64,000 nt of DNA from an uncultured delta proteobacterium (GTDB lineage: Bacteria > Myxococcota_A > Polyangia > Haliangiales > Haliangiaceae): NCBI GenBank assembly GCA_963743525.1, contig CAVUQH010000024.1, positions 193,763 to 257,762 on the forward strand, given 5' to 3'. The notes beneath the pieces are model-generated. The model searched no databases. It was not told where the DNA came from and saw nothing but the letters and a program-made list of their open reading frames with translations. Made by a program: the position numbers and the translations under genes. Each line of letters begins with the position of its first letter. Position 1 is the first letter of the stretch. Shown here one piece after another: positions 9,951-21,599 of this stretch.

Positions 9951-11246
9951 ATGAACGAGCCAGCGCTGGCGGGCCTCCGCATCCACGTCCACGCGGCCGG
10001 CGATCGGGGAATCGACGGCATCCTCCGACTGATCGAAAAGTCGGCGCAGAACGCGCCGCTGGAGGACAAGCTGCAGGCGATGTGCACCGACGCCTCGCGC
10101 ATCGCGGACGTCGCCGTGGTCAGCGTCTACGTGCGCGAGCGCAGCGCCGACGGCGACCAGCTGGTGATGCGCGGCAACGTCGGCTTCCCGTCGGGATCGA
10201 TCGGCGTCGCGCGGCTGCGCATCGGCGAAGGCATCACCGGCTTCGTCGCCGAGTGTCTGCGCCCGGTGTCGGCGGCGGTCGCTCACAGCGACACCCACTA
10301 CAAGCACATCCCCGGGCTGGGCGAGGAGCGCTTCCCCGCCTTCCTCGGCGTGCCGCTGGTCCACGGCGGCGCGTCGGTGGGCGTGCTGGTGTTCCAGCGC
10401 GCCGACTCCGCCGGCTTCGAGCAGGCGGAGGTGACGCTGGCGACCGCGCTGGCGGCGCCGTTCGCGTCGGCGATCGATCTGGAGCGGCGGCGCGAGCGCG
10501 GCGAGCCCAACGGCCGCTCGGTCAGGCTGCGCGGCCTGCCGGTGGTGCAGGGCGCGGCGATGGGCCGCGCGGTCACCCTGCCGTCGCTGACCGCGGCCGA
10601 CGACTCGATCGTGCATCCCAGCCCGCGCATGGCCGCGGCCGGCGGGCTGGAGAGCCTGCAGCGCGACCTGGATCGGGTGCGCAAGCAGCTGCGCAAGCAC
10701 CGCGACCCGTCGGTCGAGCGGGCGCTGGCCAACCTGCAGCTGGTGCTGTCCGATCACCGCTTCCGCGACCGCACTCTCGACGAGGTCGAGCGGCTGGGGC
10801 TGGCCGCCGGGCTCGAGCGGGTGGCCCGCGACTACGCCCGCGTGCCGTACGTCGTCTCCGGAACCGGCGACCTGCAAGAGGTCCTCGACGAGCGCGCCCG
10901 CGAGCTGGAAGATCTGTGCGTGCTGATCATGGCGCGCGCCCGCGACCACCGCTTCCTCGCCCGGGGCAACGTGCTCGCCTGCCCGCGCGTCGGCGCCTTC
11001 ACCGCGCTGGCGGCGGCCGCCCGCGGCATCAAGGCGATCGCCAGCGAAGCGCCGGTAGCGCCCGGCTCGCCCGGCGCCGCGATCGCCAGCGCCTGCGGGA
11101 TTCCGCTGGTCGGCGAGGTCATCGGCTTGCTGGCGTGGATCCGCCAGCGCGACCTGATGGTCATCAACGCCCGCGGCGGCGCCATCGACATCAACCCGTC
11201 GATCGCGCAGGTGACCCGCTTTCGCCAGGGCCAGTTGATCGGCTGA
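9951..11246 (+). CDS. PtsP-like protein (GAF domain + PEP-utilising enzyme N-terminal region), truncated and lacking the phospho-His motif
   Basis: The GAF region matches PtsP closely ('GEERFPAFLGVPLVHGGASVGVLVFQRAD' against E. coli PtsP 'KEERFRAFLGVPIIQRRQLLGVLVVQQRE', recalled from memory). An EI-N-like segment 'RLRGLPVVQGAAMGRAVTL' follows. The protein stops at 451 aa without a PEP-binding barrel. The position expected for 'SHAAI' reads 'GAFTALAAAARG', so the catalytic His is absent. Confidence 0.65.
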   Translation: MNEPALAGLRIHVHAAGDRGIDGILRLIEKSAQNAPLEDKLQAMCTDASRIADVAVVSVYVRERSADGDQLVMRGNVGFPSGSIGVARLRIGEGITGFVAECLRPVSAAVAHSDTHYKHIPGLGEERFPAFLGVPLVHGGASVGVLVFQRADSAGFEQAEVTLATALAAPFASAIDLERRRERGEPNGRSVRLRGLPVVQGAAMGRAVTLPSLTAADDSIVHPSPRMAAAGGLESLQRDLDRVRKQLRKHRDPSVERALANLQLVLSDHRFRDRTLDEVERLGLAAGLERVARDYARVPYVVSGTGDLQEVLDERARELEDLCVLIMARARDHRFLARGNVLACPRVGAFTALAAAARGIKAIASEAPVAPGSPGAAIASACGIPLVGEVIGLLAWIRQRDLMVINARGGAIDINPSIAQVTRFRQGQLIG

Positions 11247-11278
11247 CGGCTGCCCGGCGGGCGCGGTATCCTCGGCCG

Positions 11279-11759
11279 ATGGTGCGATCTCGCCTCGGCC
11301 TGTCCGCGTTCGCGCTGTCGCTGTGCCTCGCCGCAGCGGCACCCGCGCGCGCCGAGCGGCCGCCGCGCCTGAGCGTCGGCGGCGGCGTCGGCTATCCGCA
11401 CATCTTCCACGGCGACCTGTCGCTGTGGGTGATTCCCTACCTCACCGTCGACGCGCGCGCCTGGTCGATGGCGCTGTTGCCGCGCACCGGCGCCGAGGCG
11501 ACCCTGACCGTGCACGTTCCCGATCGGCCGCTTCGCCGCGCTGGCCACCGCCGGTGGCGGCCTCTGGCGAGAGATCCCCGAGTCGAACCTGGGCGTGGCC
11601 ACCCACGCCGAGAACAGCTCCTACGTGCGCGCCGCCGTCGGCGTCGGCTGGCTCAACCGCCTGCTCGATCTGCGCGCCACCGCCGGGGTGACCACGCGCC
11701 CCAGCGGACACAGCATCACCATCATCGTCACGGTGATGACCCGCTTCCCCCGCGGCTAG
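11279..11759 (+). pseudogene. Small outer-membrane beta-barrel-like protein with one frameshift
   Basis: Signal peptide 'MVRSRLGLSAFALSLCLAAAAPARA' then alternating-hydrophobic strands. The frame is lost near 11520. The C-terminus continues in another frame as '...GVGWLNRLLDLRATAGVTTRPSGHSITIIVTVMTRFPRG*'. Confidence 0.45.
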
Positions 11760-13305
11760 CTACGGCGCTTCGACGGCGCCGCTGGTGCACGGGTCGCCGC
11801 GCGACTCGCCGCGCTGGTCGGCGGTCGGGCAGCCGGTGCCCAGAGCCGATGGCCGGGCTGCCGGCGGCGGGCATCAGCGTCGGCGTCGGGCCGCCGTTGT
11901 CGGCCAGCGCGCCCAGCTGGGCGTCGGCGACCAGGGCGCCGGACGCGCACAGCGAGTCGGGATCGTCGGAGCCGCAGCCGGCGCGGTCGACCGGGAACTG
12001 CAGGTTGCCGCCGCCGTCGATCATCATGTCGCGGCAGGTGATCGGGTTGTAGCCGTTGCCCACCTCCTGGCCGGCGAAGACGCTGTTCTTCAGGGTCACC
12101 GCCTGCCCGCCCACGGTCGCCGCGGCAAACGCGACGTCGCCGGGCGCGCGGTTGTTGGCGAAGGTGCAGTTGAGGATCGTGCCGGTCACGCCGTCGGCGA
12201 TCGACATGCCGCCGGCCAGGCTCGACAGCGCGGTGTTGCCGGCCACGGTAGTGTTGGTCATCGTCAGGGTCGAGTTGGGGCCGGCAAACAGGCCGCCGTC
12301 GCTGCGCGCTTCGTTTTCGGCGATGGTCGAGTCGCGGATCTCGATCGTCGCGCCCTGCAGGTAGAGGCCGCCGGCCTTGCTCGGGCTCTGGTCGGGGATC
12401 TTGTTGCCGCGGATCAGCGAGCGGTCGATCAGGTGGGTGCCGACGCCGTTGTTCGATACGCGAAACAGCCCACCGCCGTAGGCGTTGCCCCGGTTGTCGG
12501 AGATCTCCACGCCGCACAGCGCGATGTCCTGGTCAACGCCGTCGATGTAGATGGCGCCGCCGTTGCCGCCGTTACCCGGGTTGCCGCCGCTGCCGGTCGC
12601 CTGGTTGCCGGTGAACACGCTGTTGACCACGGTCAGCTGCGTGTGCAGGATGCCGACCGCGCCGCCGTTGGAGCCGCTGTTGCCGGAGAAGCGGCTGCCG
12701 CTGATGGTGGTCGTACCACCGCCGACGGTGTAGATGGCGCCGCCGGCGACGTCCTGCCCGGTCGCCGGCGCGTGGTCGTCGAGGAAGATCGAGTCGATCA
12801 CCGTGAGCGAGCCGCCGCGCAGGTGAATGGCGCCGCCGCCCTGGTCGGTGTCGTCACCGGTGGCCGGCGACTTGCCGCCGGTAAAGGTCAGCCGCTGCAC
12901 GGTCAGCCGCGGCGTGTCCTTGTCGAAGCTGGACGGCACCGCCAGGATGCGGGTCTTGCCGCCACCGTCCAGGGTGATCACGCCGCCGCCGTCGATCACC
13001 GTGTCGGTGGCGACGTCGAGCTCGGCGGTCACGGAGATCGTCTGCTCGCCGCCGCAGTCGAAGACGATCACCCCGCCGCCGGCAATCGCCGTGGCCAGGG
13101 CCGCCTCGGTGCAGCTCTGCGGCGTGCCGTCGCCGACCACCGCGTCGGGGCTGGAGACGTCCACCAGCGGCGCCGGATCGTCGCAAACCAGCATCGGCGG
13201 GGGCGGCACCGCGGCGTCAACCCCACCGCCTCCGCCGCCGCCGTTGCTGCCGCCGCAGGCGCCGCCCAGCGCCAGCATCAGGACCACCGCGAACACGCCA
13301 CGCAT
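11728..13305 (-). CDS. Secreted right-handed parallel beta-helix (PbH1 / polymorphic membrane protein-like repeat) lipoprotein with a choice-of-anchor-Q-like C-terminus (C-terminal frameshift)
   Basis: Lipoprotein signal 'MRGVFAVVLMLALGGACGG'. Many 'GGAIY/ GGGLF / NxGxxG' beta-helix repeats. The last ~25 aa read correctly only after a -1 shift near 11830, giving 'TGCPTADQRGESRGDPCTSGAVEAP*' (anchor-Q-like 'DQRG' tail). The true stop is at 11760. Confidence 0.7.
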   Translation of the reverse strand: MRGVFAVVLMLALGGACGGSNGGGGGGGVDAAVPPPPMLVCDDPAPLVDVSSPDAVVGDGTPQSCTEAALATAIAGGGVIVFDCGGEQTISVTAELDVATDTVIDGGGVITLDGGGKTRILAVPSSFDKDTPRLTVQRLTFTGGKSPATGDDTDQGGGAIHLRGGSLTVIDSIFLDDHAPATGQDVAGGAIYTVGGGTTTISGSRFSGNSGSNGGAVGILHTQLTVVNSVFTGNQATGSGGNPGNGGNGGAIYIDGVDQDIALCGVEISDNRGNAYGGGLFRVSNNGVGTHLIDRSLIRGNKIPDQSPSKAGGLYLQGATIEIRDSTIAENEARSDGGLFAGPNSTLTMTNTTVAGNTALSSLAGGMSIADGVTGTILNCTFANNRAPGDVAFAAATVGGQAVTLKNSVFAGQEVGNGYNPITCRDMMIDGGGNLQFPVDRAGCGSDDPDSLCASGALVADAQLGALADNGGPTPTLMPAAGSPAIGSGHRLPDRRPARRVARRPVHQRRRRSAVASRGGSGSSP

Positions 13306-13355
13306 GCCCCCAGGATATCAAGATCGGCGCGAACCCGTTACAATGGGCCGATTCC

Positions 13356-14192
13356 ATGCTGATCCTCGACTTCGACGGCACCGTCACCGATGCCGAGCGC
13401 GAAGGCGCGCCGTTCCGCGAGGGCTACCTGGAGGATCTCGCGACCCTCTGTGGCCAGCCCCTCGATGCGGTCGTGGAGCTTGCCGCCCGGGCCGAGCGCG
13501 CCATCCACGACGACCCCGACAACCACGGATGGGTCTACGGTGGGCACATCGTCGCCCCTGCCACGGTCGATCCGTACCTGCGCATGATGCCGGTGGCGCG
13601 GGCAATCTTCGATCAGTTCGGCGTCTTCTCCGACGACGCCGACCGGTCGCGCCTGCTGGACGGCATCCTCTACAAATACAACTACCAGAAGACTCTGGTT
13701 GCCTTCCGCGACGGTGCCTTCGAGCTGCTGTCGGCGCTGGTCGACACCCCCAGCTGGGTCGTCACCAACTCGCACACCGAGCCGGTGCAGGCCAAGATCC
13801 GCACCCTCGAGTCGGAGCGGGGCATGCTCGACTGGTGGCTGCCGCGGGTGCGCGGGCGCGCGCGCAAGTACATCATCGACGACGGCTTCGACGCCATCGC
13901 GCCGACGCTCACCGTCCCCGGGTTGTCGCGGCCGGTGCTGCTGCGCCGGCGCCACTACTACGAGGTGATCGATGCGCTGCTCGCCGAGGCCGGCCAGCGC
14001 TGGGACGACCTATGGGTCCTGGGCGACATCTTCGAGCTCGACCTGGCCATGCCGCTGGCCATGGGTGCGCAGGTGGCGCTGGTCGTCAGTGACTTCACGC
14101 CGGGCTACGAGGTCGACTTCGTCAACCGACACCCGCGCGGTCACCTGGTGACCGACCTCACCGCGATCCCGGCGCTGACCGGCGCCGCCTGA
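13356..14192 (+). CDS. HAD-superfamily hydrolase
   Basis: Motif I 'MLILDFDGTVTD'. Later motifs 'WVVTNSH' and 'LWVLGDIFELD'. Confidence 0.65.
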   Translation: MLILDFDGTVTDAEREGAPFREGYLEDLATLCGQPLDAVVELAARAERAIHDDPDNHGWVYGGHIVAPATVDPYLRMMPVARAIFDQFGVFSDDADRSRLLDGILYKYNYQKTLVAFRDGAFELLSALVDTPSWVVTNSHTEPVQAKIRTLESERGMLDWWLPRVRGRARKYIIDDGFDAIAPTLTVPGLSRPVLLRRRHYYEVIDALLAEAGQRWDDLWVLGDIFELDLAMPLAMGAQVALVVSDFTPGYEVDFVNRHPRGHLVTDLTAIPALTGAA

Positions 14193-15504
14193 CCAGCGCC
14201 AGCAGCACCAGCAGCGCCAGCGCGGCCGCGCTCTCGCCGCCACCGACATCATTGCTGCAGCAGCCCTTGCCGCCGCCACCACCGCCGCCACCGCCGTCCG
14301 GGGTCGGCCCGGCATCGGCGCCGACGCCGGCATCGGGCTGCGGGCAGACCGCGATGGTCGGCGCGATCGGGCAGACGGTGGTGAAGAACTTGTCCTCGCA
14401 GGTGTCGTGCTGGATGGTGCCGCTCGGGCACGACAGCGCCCCGGTGATGTTGTCGAAGCGGAAGATCGGCGTCCAGTTGGTGCCGTCGGGCGAGGTGCCC
14501 AGCGCCATGAAGTCGGGATCCCAGTTGGTGCCGCCGCCGAGCAGGGTGCCGTCCGAGCGCTCGACCGAGCAGGCCAGCTGCGGCGTGGTCTCGTGGGTGG
14601 GGAAGGTCAGGCCGTCGTCGGTGGAGATGTAGACACCGAACGCCCCGCCGACGATCACCTTGGAGCCGTCGCTGGTCACCAGCACCGAGCCGATGCGGTT
14701 GTCGGCATCGAGGACCTTGCTGAAGCTGGTGCCGCCGTTGTCGGTCCGGTACAGCGCCTCGCCGACGCCACCGTCGCGGATCACGGTGATGAAGAAGGTG
14801 TTGGGGTCGTCCGGCCAGACCGCGCGCACTTCGACGCTGGGATCGGAGGCAAAGGTGACGGTGCTGAGATCGACCGGCGACCACGAGTCGCCGCCGTCGT
14901 CCGAGCGGTAGAGCAACGCGCGGGTGATGGTGCCGGCGTCCGGGCTGCCCAGGCCGATGACGTAGCCGGCGGCGTAGACGCGGGTCGCATCCGACGGCGC
15001 CACCGCGATGGTCGTCCACCACGAATATTTGCCCGAGGTCAGCGAGGTCTTGGTGAACGACACGCCGTTGTCGACGCTGCGCCAGACACCGTCGGCCTGA
15101 TCCCACGACCCGGCGGCGTAGACGTGACCGTCGGGGCCGACATCGACGTCGGCGACCACCGGCCCGGTGAGGTCGGGGTGGACCGGGAAGGTGCAGCCGC
15201 CGTCCTTGGACGTGCGCAGGCCGTCGAACGAGCTGGCGTAGAAGGTGCCGTCGGTGCCGATCGCGTACGCAGGATCGAACGTCCCGGTATATCCGAGCGA
15301 GTCCTCGCACACCCAGGCGAAGTGGTTGCCGCCATCGGTGGAGACGCCGAGTCCGAAGGTGAGCCCGAGCAGCACCACCTGGTCGTTGCCCGGCTGGATC
15401 TCGACCGAGATGCTCTGGGGGAAGCGACCGTTGGCCCGCGCGACGCGCGGCACGGCGAGGACGAAGGCGAGGAGGAGGAGGCGACTACGAGCTGATTTCG
15501 ACAC
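14158..15504 (-). CDS. Secreted BNR/sialidase-like beta-propeller protein with MYXO-CTERM-like sorting tail
   Basis: GTG start 15504 gives signal 'VSKSARSRLLLLAFVLAVPRVARA'. Repeated 'S.DGG.SW/F' BNR motifs. C-terminus 'GGGGGGGGKGCCS...ALALLVLLALVRRRR' resembles the MYXO-CTERM sorting domain. Confidence 0.7.
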   Translation of the reverse strand: MSKSARSRLLLLAFVLAVPRVARANGRFPQSISVEIQPGNDQVVLLGLTFGLGVSTDGGNHFAWVCEDSLGYTGTFDPAYAIGTDGTFYASSFDGLRTSKDGGCTFPVHPDLTGPVVADVDVGPDGHVYAAGSWDQADGVWRSVDNGVSFTKTSLTSGKYSWWTTIAVAPSDATRVYAAGYVIGLGSPDAGTITRALLYRSDDGGDSWSPVDLSTVTFASDPSVEVRAVWPDDPNTFFITVIRDGGVGEALYRTDNGGTSFSKVLDADNRIGSVLVTSDGSKVIVGGAFGVYISTDDGLTFPTHETTPQLACSVERSDGTLLGGGTNWDPDFMALGTSPDGTNWTPIFRFDNITGALSCPSGTIQHDTCEDKFFTTVCPIAPTIAVCPQPDAGVGADAGPTPDGGGGGGGGGKGCCSNDVGGGESAAALALLVLLALVRRRRSAPGSR

Positions 15505-18235
15505 GACCCTTGAGATAGTAGCCCTCGTCGGTGCGAACGAGGAAGTCGCGAAGTCCCATCTTGCGAAGCTCCCACAGCGCCGTGTAAACCCGCCGAGCGC
15601 CCGCTTCTGGGCGCATTCGCTCGCCTGGCCAGCCTGCGGCCTGCAGCTCCTCCACCGACAGCGGCGCATCTTGTTGTTCGAGGTAAGCGCGACTGAGGCG
15701 CCGGAGCATCAGTCGGAGCGCGCGACGGCGCTGCAAGCTGACGTAGTCGTTGCCGGGGACGCGGAACCATCGGCCCTGGGCACAGACCTCGAGAGGCAGC
15801 TCGGTTCGGGCCTCTCCCGGGCGTCCGACGCCGGTCTTTTCCAGCTCGCGCAGGCGGCGCTCGACCAGCGCGGCGCTGAGGCGAGCATCGGCGGACCGCT
15901 CCGCGGTGCCCGGAACCGCCATGATCGCGGCCATGCGCCGGCGGATCTCCTCGGTGATGGCGCGCGCTCTCGCGCCCTCGCCCTGCCGCACCGCTTCGTC
16001 GGCGCGGTGCAGATCGAGGTGCAGGGAGCAGAGCTCGACCGCCGCCAGATAGCGAGGGTGTACGCCGTCGAGGGCGGCGGCGGCGGCACGCAGGTTCTCG
16101 TCGCCAGCCGTGACTTCGCCCACATCCGCCTCGATGCTGCCCAGGTAGCCGCGGAACAGTGCCACGGTCACCTCTTCGCCGCCGCCCTGGAGCATCGCGA
16201 TCGCCCGGCGCATGCCGGCGCGCAGCGCGGCGCTGCCGCCCTGCCACTGCTGCATCCGCGCGTAGTAGCCCAGCACCACCCCGTGCACGCGCCAGTCGCC
16301 GGTGGCGCTGGCCATGTCGATGCCCTGCTGGAACAGGGCGATGGCGCGGCGATGATCGCCCTGCTCCTGCGCGATCAACCCCAGGTTGGCCAGCGACGTG
16401 GCGGCGTAGCGAGTGTCTTTGATCTCGGTGTGAATGGCGGCCGCCGATTCGTACAGCGCCGCGGCCTCCTCGAGGCGGCCGGAGTCGTGGAGGATGACCG
16501 CCCGGGTGACGCTGTTGACCGCCTCGAAGCGGCGGTCACCGACCTCGCGTAGCGCCACCAGCGCGCGGTCGAGCTCGGTGCCGGCCTGGTCGAAGCGGTT
16601 GTCCATCATCGATAGGTGGCCCATCCAGCCGAGCACCCGCCCCTCGGCCAGCCGGTCGGCGCACGCGCGGGCGTCGGCCAGTGCGTCTTCGAACAGGGAG
16701 CGGGCGACCTCGGACCCGCCCTGGACCATCCGCACCAGACCCATGCGATAGCGGCTGCGAGCGGCGCCGCTGCGGTAGCCGATCTCCTCGGCCAGCGCCC
16801 GCGCGCGATCGAGGTCGGCGATCGACTGGTCCATTCGCCCGGTTAACCGATGGCCCTCGCCGCGCGACTCCAGCGCGCGAACCAGGAGCTCGGGATCGAT
16901 CGCGCCGCCGTCCGCCGGCAGCGCGTCGGCGGCGGACAGCCCGGCGTCAACCAGCTCGAAGCGGAGGCCGAACGGCCCGTCGCGGGTGAGCAGCGGGTCG
17001 GCGGCCAGCGCCAGCTTCAGCGCGTGGCTGACGTGCTCGGCCTCGCCGGCGCGCGTGAGCGACCAGGCGTGCGCGGCGATCAGGTTCTCCAGCTCCAGCG
17101 CCAGATGCTGGCCGGCGCAGAGCTCGCTGGTGCGATCGAAGCGGGCCGCCCAGGCGCTGGCCTCCGACGCGTAGTAGGCGGCGTGGCGATCCGCGGCGCC
17201 ATCGGCCAGGCCCAGCTCGCCGGCCCGCTCCCACGCGTACTCGCGGACGCTGATGTACATGGTGAAGCGCAGCTCGTCGGGCAAGCCGGGCGCCTCGGCG
17301 GTGCGCAGCAGCGACTTGTCGCGAAGCCCCTGCAGGACGTCGATCAGCCACGGTGCGTCGGGCCCCAGCTCGAGCACCGCCTCGGCGGCAGCGGCGGAGA
17401 AGCCGCCGCGAAAGACCGCCAGCTGCGCCAGCGCCCGCTGCTCGCGCGCGCCCAGCATCTGCCACGACCAGTCGATGGCGCCGCGAATGGTGGCGTGGCG
17501 ATCGTCGCCGCCGCGCGACAGCAGCTTGAACCGCTCGGGCAGATAGCCGACCAGCTGTTGCGAGGTGAGCACGCCCATGCGCGCCGCCGCCAGCTCGATC
17601 GCCAGCGGGTTGCCGTCGAGCTGGCGCACCAGATCGGTGACCGCGGGAATCTCGGACTCGGCGATGGCGTAGTCGTCGCGGGCGATGCGCGCGCGCAGGG
17701 CGAACAGCTGCACCGCATCGGCCTCGGCGAAGGCGACGTCGGCGCCGGGCACCGACAGCGACGGAACCTCGAACACGTGCTCCGTCGCCAGGCCCAGCCG
17801 CTGCCTGGAGGTGATCAGGAAGCCGACCTCGGGCGCCGCGTGCAGCCACCGACCCAGGGTCGCCTCGGCGTGTTCGGCGACCTGCTCGAAGTTGTCCAGG
17901 ACCACCAGCGCCGGTCCCATCGCCGCCAGCACGCCGCCCAGCCAGGCGGTCACGTCGCCGCCGCTGGTGCGCACTTGCAGCGCGCGCGCCAGCGCTCGGC
18001 CGATGTCACTCTGGCCGATCGCCTCCGACAGATCGACGAACCAGGTGCCACCGGGGAACCACTCGCCCAGCTCGCTCATCGCCGCCCGCGCCAGGGTGGT
18101 CTTGCCGATGCCGGGCGCGCCCACCAGCGTGAGCACTCGTTTCTCCAGCATCAGCTCGCTCAGGCGCGCGAGCTCGCGCTCGCGGCCGACCAGCTGGTCG
18201 CGCCGTGGCCGTCCTTCGTCCCCCCGCCTCGTCAT
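15485..18235 (-). CDS. STAND/AAA ATPase - TPR repeat - C-terminal OmpR-type winged-helix (trans_reg_C) regulator
   Basis: Walker A 'LVGAPGIGKTTLA' and Walker B 'LVVLDNFEQV'. Multiple TPR-like helices. C-terminus 'LSVEELQAAGWPGE...RVYTALWELRKMGLRDFLVRTDEGYYL' matches the OmpR/trans_reg_C pattern. Confidence 0.75.
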   Translation of the reverse strand: MTRRGDEGRPRRDQLVGRERELARLSELMLEKRVLTLVGAPGIGKTTLARAAMSELGEWFPGGTWFVDLSEAIGQSDIGRALARALQVRTSGGDVTAWLGGVLAAMGPALVVLDNFEQVAEHAEATLGRWLHAAPEVGFLITSRQRLGLATEHVFEVPSLSVPGADVAFAEADAVQLFALRARIARDDYAIAESEIPAVTDLVRQLDGNPLAIELAAARMGVLTSQQLVGYLPERFKLLSRGGDDRHATIRGAIDWSWQMLGAREQRALAQLAVFRGGFSAAAAEAVLELGPDAPWLIDVLQGLRDKSLLRTAEAPGLPDELRFTMYISVREYAWERAGELGLADGAADRHAAYYASEASAWAARFDRTSELCAGQHLALELENLIAAHAWSLTRAGEAEHVSHALKLALAADPLLTRDGPFGLRFELVDAGLSAADALPADGGAIDPELLVRALESRGEGHRLTGRMDQSIADLDRARALAEEIGYRSGAARSRYRMGLVRMVQGGSEVARSLFEDALADARACADRLAEGRVLGWMGHLSMMDNRFDQAGTELDRALVALREVGDRRFEAVNSVTRAVILHDSGRLEEAAALYESAAAIHTEIKDTRYAATSLANLGLIAQEQGDHRRAIALFQQGIDMASATGDWRVHGVVLGYYARMQQWQGGSAALRAGMRRAIAMLQGGGEEVTVALFRGYLGSIEADVGEVTAGDENLRAAAAALDGVHPRYLAAVELCSLHLDLHRADEAVRQGEGARARAITEEIRRRMAAIMAVPGTAERSADARLSAALVERRLRELEKTGVGRPGEARTELPLEVCAQGRWFRVPGNDYVSLQRRRALRLMLRRLSRAYLEQQDAPLSVEELQAAGWPGERMRPEAGARRVYTALWELRKMGLRDFLVRTDEGYYLKGRVEISS

Positions 18236-18238
18236 CGC

Positions 18239-19858
<1,620 letters not shown>

Positions 19859-19871
19859 CGCCGGTCTCGCC

Positions 19872-20114
19872 TCACCGAGGGGCGGCGCTGAACCGCGCCG
19901 ATGCCCGCTGGCCCGCCTGCTGCACCCAGCCGTCCGAGATCAGCCGTGCGAGCGCGTCGCCCAGGGTGCGATCGCTGACCGGGACCCCCGGGCGGCTGCG
20001 CAGCCCGTCCAGGAGCTGGGCCTTGGTGACCCCCGCCGAGCCGTCGAGCAGATCCATGATGGCGATCTGCAGCGTTCCAGTGAAGCGCGGACGCGCTCGT
20101 CTCTTGAAGCCCAT
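19872..20114 (-). CDS. Small putative winged-helix DNA-binding protein
   Basis: About 80-aa ORF 'MGFKRRARPRFTGTLQIAIMDLLDGSAG..KAQLLDGL...VSDRTLGDALARLISDGWV' between eda and the DUF2254 gene. Weak wHTH-like pattern only. Confidence 0.3.
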   Translation of the reverse strand: MGFKRRARPRFTGTLQIAIMDLLDGSAGVTKAQLLDGLRSRPGVPVSDRTLGDALARLISDGWVQQAGQRASARFSAAPR

Positions 20115-20192
20115 CGCGGCGCTATTGAACCACACAGCGCAGGGCCGCGTAAGGCCGCGACCGGGGCAAAGATGTGCCGCGATTTCACCGCG

Positions 20193-20852
20193 CTAGGCGA
20201 TGAGCGGCGCCTGTGGACGAAGCACCGAGTGGGCCAGGTCGCGCAGCCGCCCGGCCCGCGCCGCCACCGCGTCCCACCGGCCGTGGGCGACGTCGGCCGG
20301 ATCGAACAGCGCGCGCACGAAGCCGGCGGCAAATGCGCCCGCCGCCAGGTAGTCGACGAGATTGTCCTCGCCGACCCCGTTGGTCGGCACGATGCGCAGA
20401 AATGGCATGGGTCCGAGGATGGAACGCACCGCGTCGGGACCGTTCGCTGCAGCAGGGAACAGTTTCACCAGATGTGCGCCGGCTCGATGTGCCCGCCACA
20501 TCTCGGTCGGGGTATGACAACCCGGCACGGCGGTCACCTTCAACCGGACCGCTTCGCCGATCACCTCCTCGTCCATGACCGGTGACACCAGGAACTTTGC
20601 CCCGGCGGCAACCGCGTCGCGGGCATCTCCCGTGGACAACACGGTCCCGGTGCCCACCACGATTCCGGGCCGATCGGCCGTTTCTGCCACCAAATCGAGC
20701 ACGCCAGGAGTTGTCATCGTGAACTCCACCGCGCGAAAGCCGCCGCGAATGGCCGCATCTCGGGCCGATCGCGCCTGTTCTTCGGACGATGCGCGGATGA
20801 TGGCAACGACCCGCTCCGCCCACAAGAAACCCAGGAATTCCTCTGGTGTCAC
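20193..20852 (-). CDS. eda: 2-dehydro-3-deoxyphosphogluconate (KDPG) / 4-hydroxy-2-oxoglutarate aldolase
   Basis: Eda-family motifs 'VVAIIRASS', 'GGFRAVEFTMTTPG', 'VVGTGTVL' and 'FLVSPVMD'. Confidence 0.8.
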   Translation of the reverse strand: MTPEEFLGFLWAERVVAIIRASSEEQARSARDAAIRGGFRAVEFTMTTPGVLDLVAETADRPGIVVGTGTVLSTGDARDAVAAGAKFLVSPVMDEEVIGEAVRLKVTAVPGCHTPTEMWRAHRAGAHLVKLFPAAANGPDAVRSILGPMPFLRIVPTNGVGEDNLVDYLAAGAFAAGFVRALFDPADVAHGRWDAVAARAGRLRDLAHSVLRPQAPLIA

Positions 20853-20918
20853 GTGAGTTATGGTACCTGCTAAACCCGTAGCTGACCCGCGCTACGTGAC
20901 CCCCGCAGGCTCCCCCCC

Positions 20919-21595
<677 letters not shown>

Positions 21596-21599
<4 letters not shown>

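Noticed and set aside
9333-12052. Two long ORFs (669 aa minus strand, 656 aa plus strand) rich in Arg/Gly/Pro
   Set aside because: They run antisense to or out of frame with the PtsP-like gene and the small OMP gene. They are composition artefacts.
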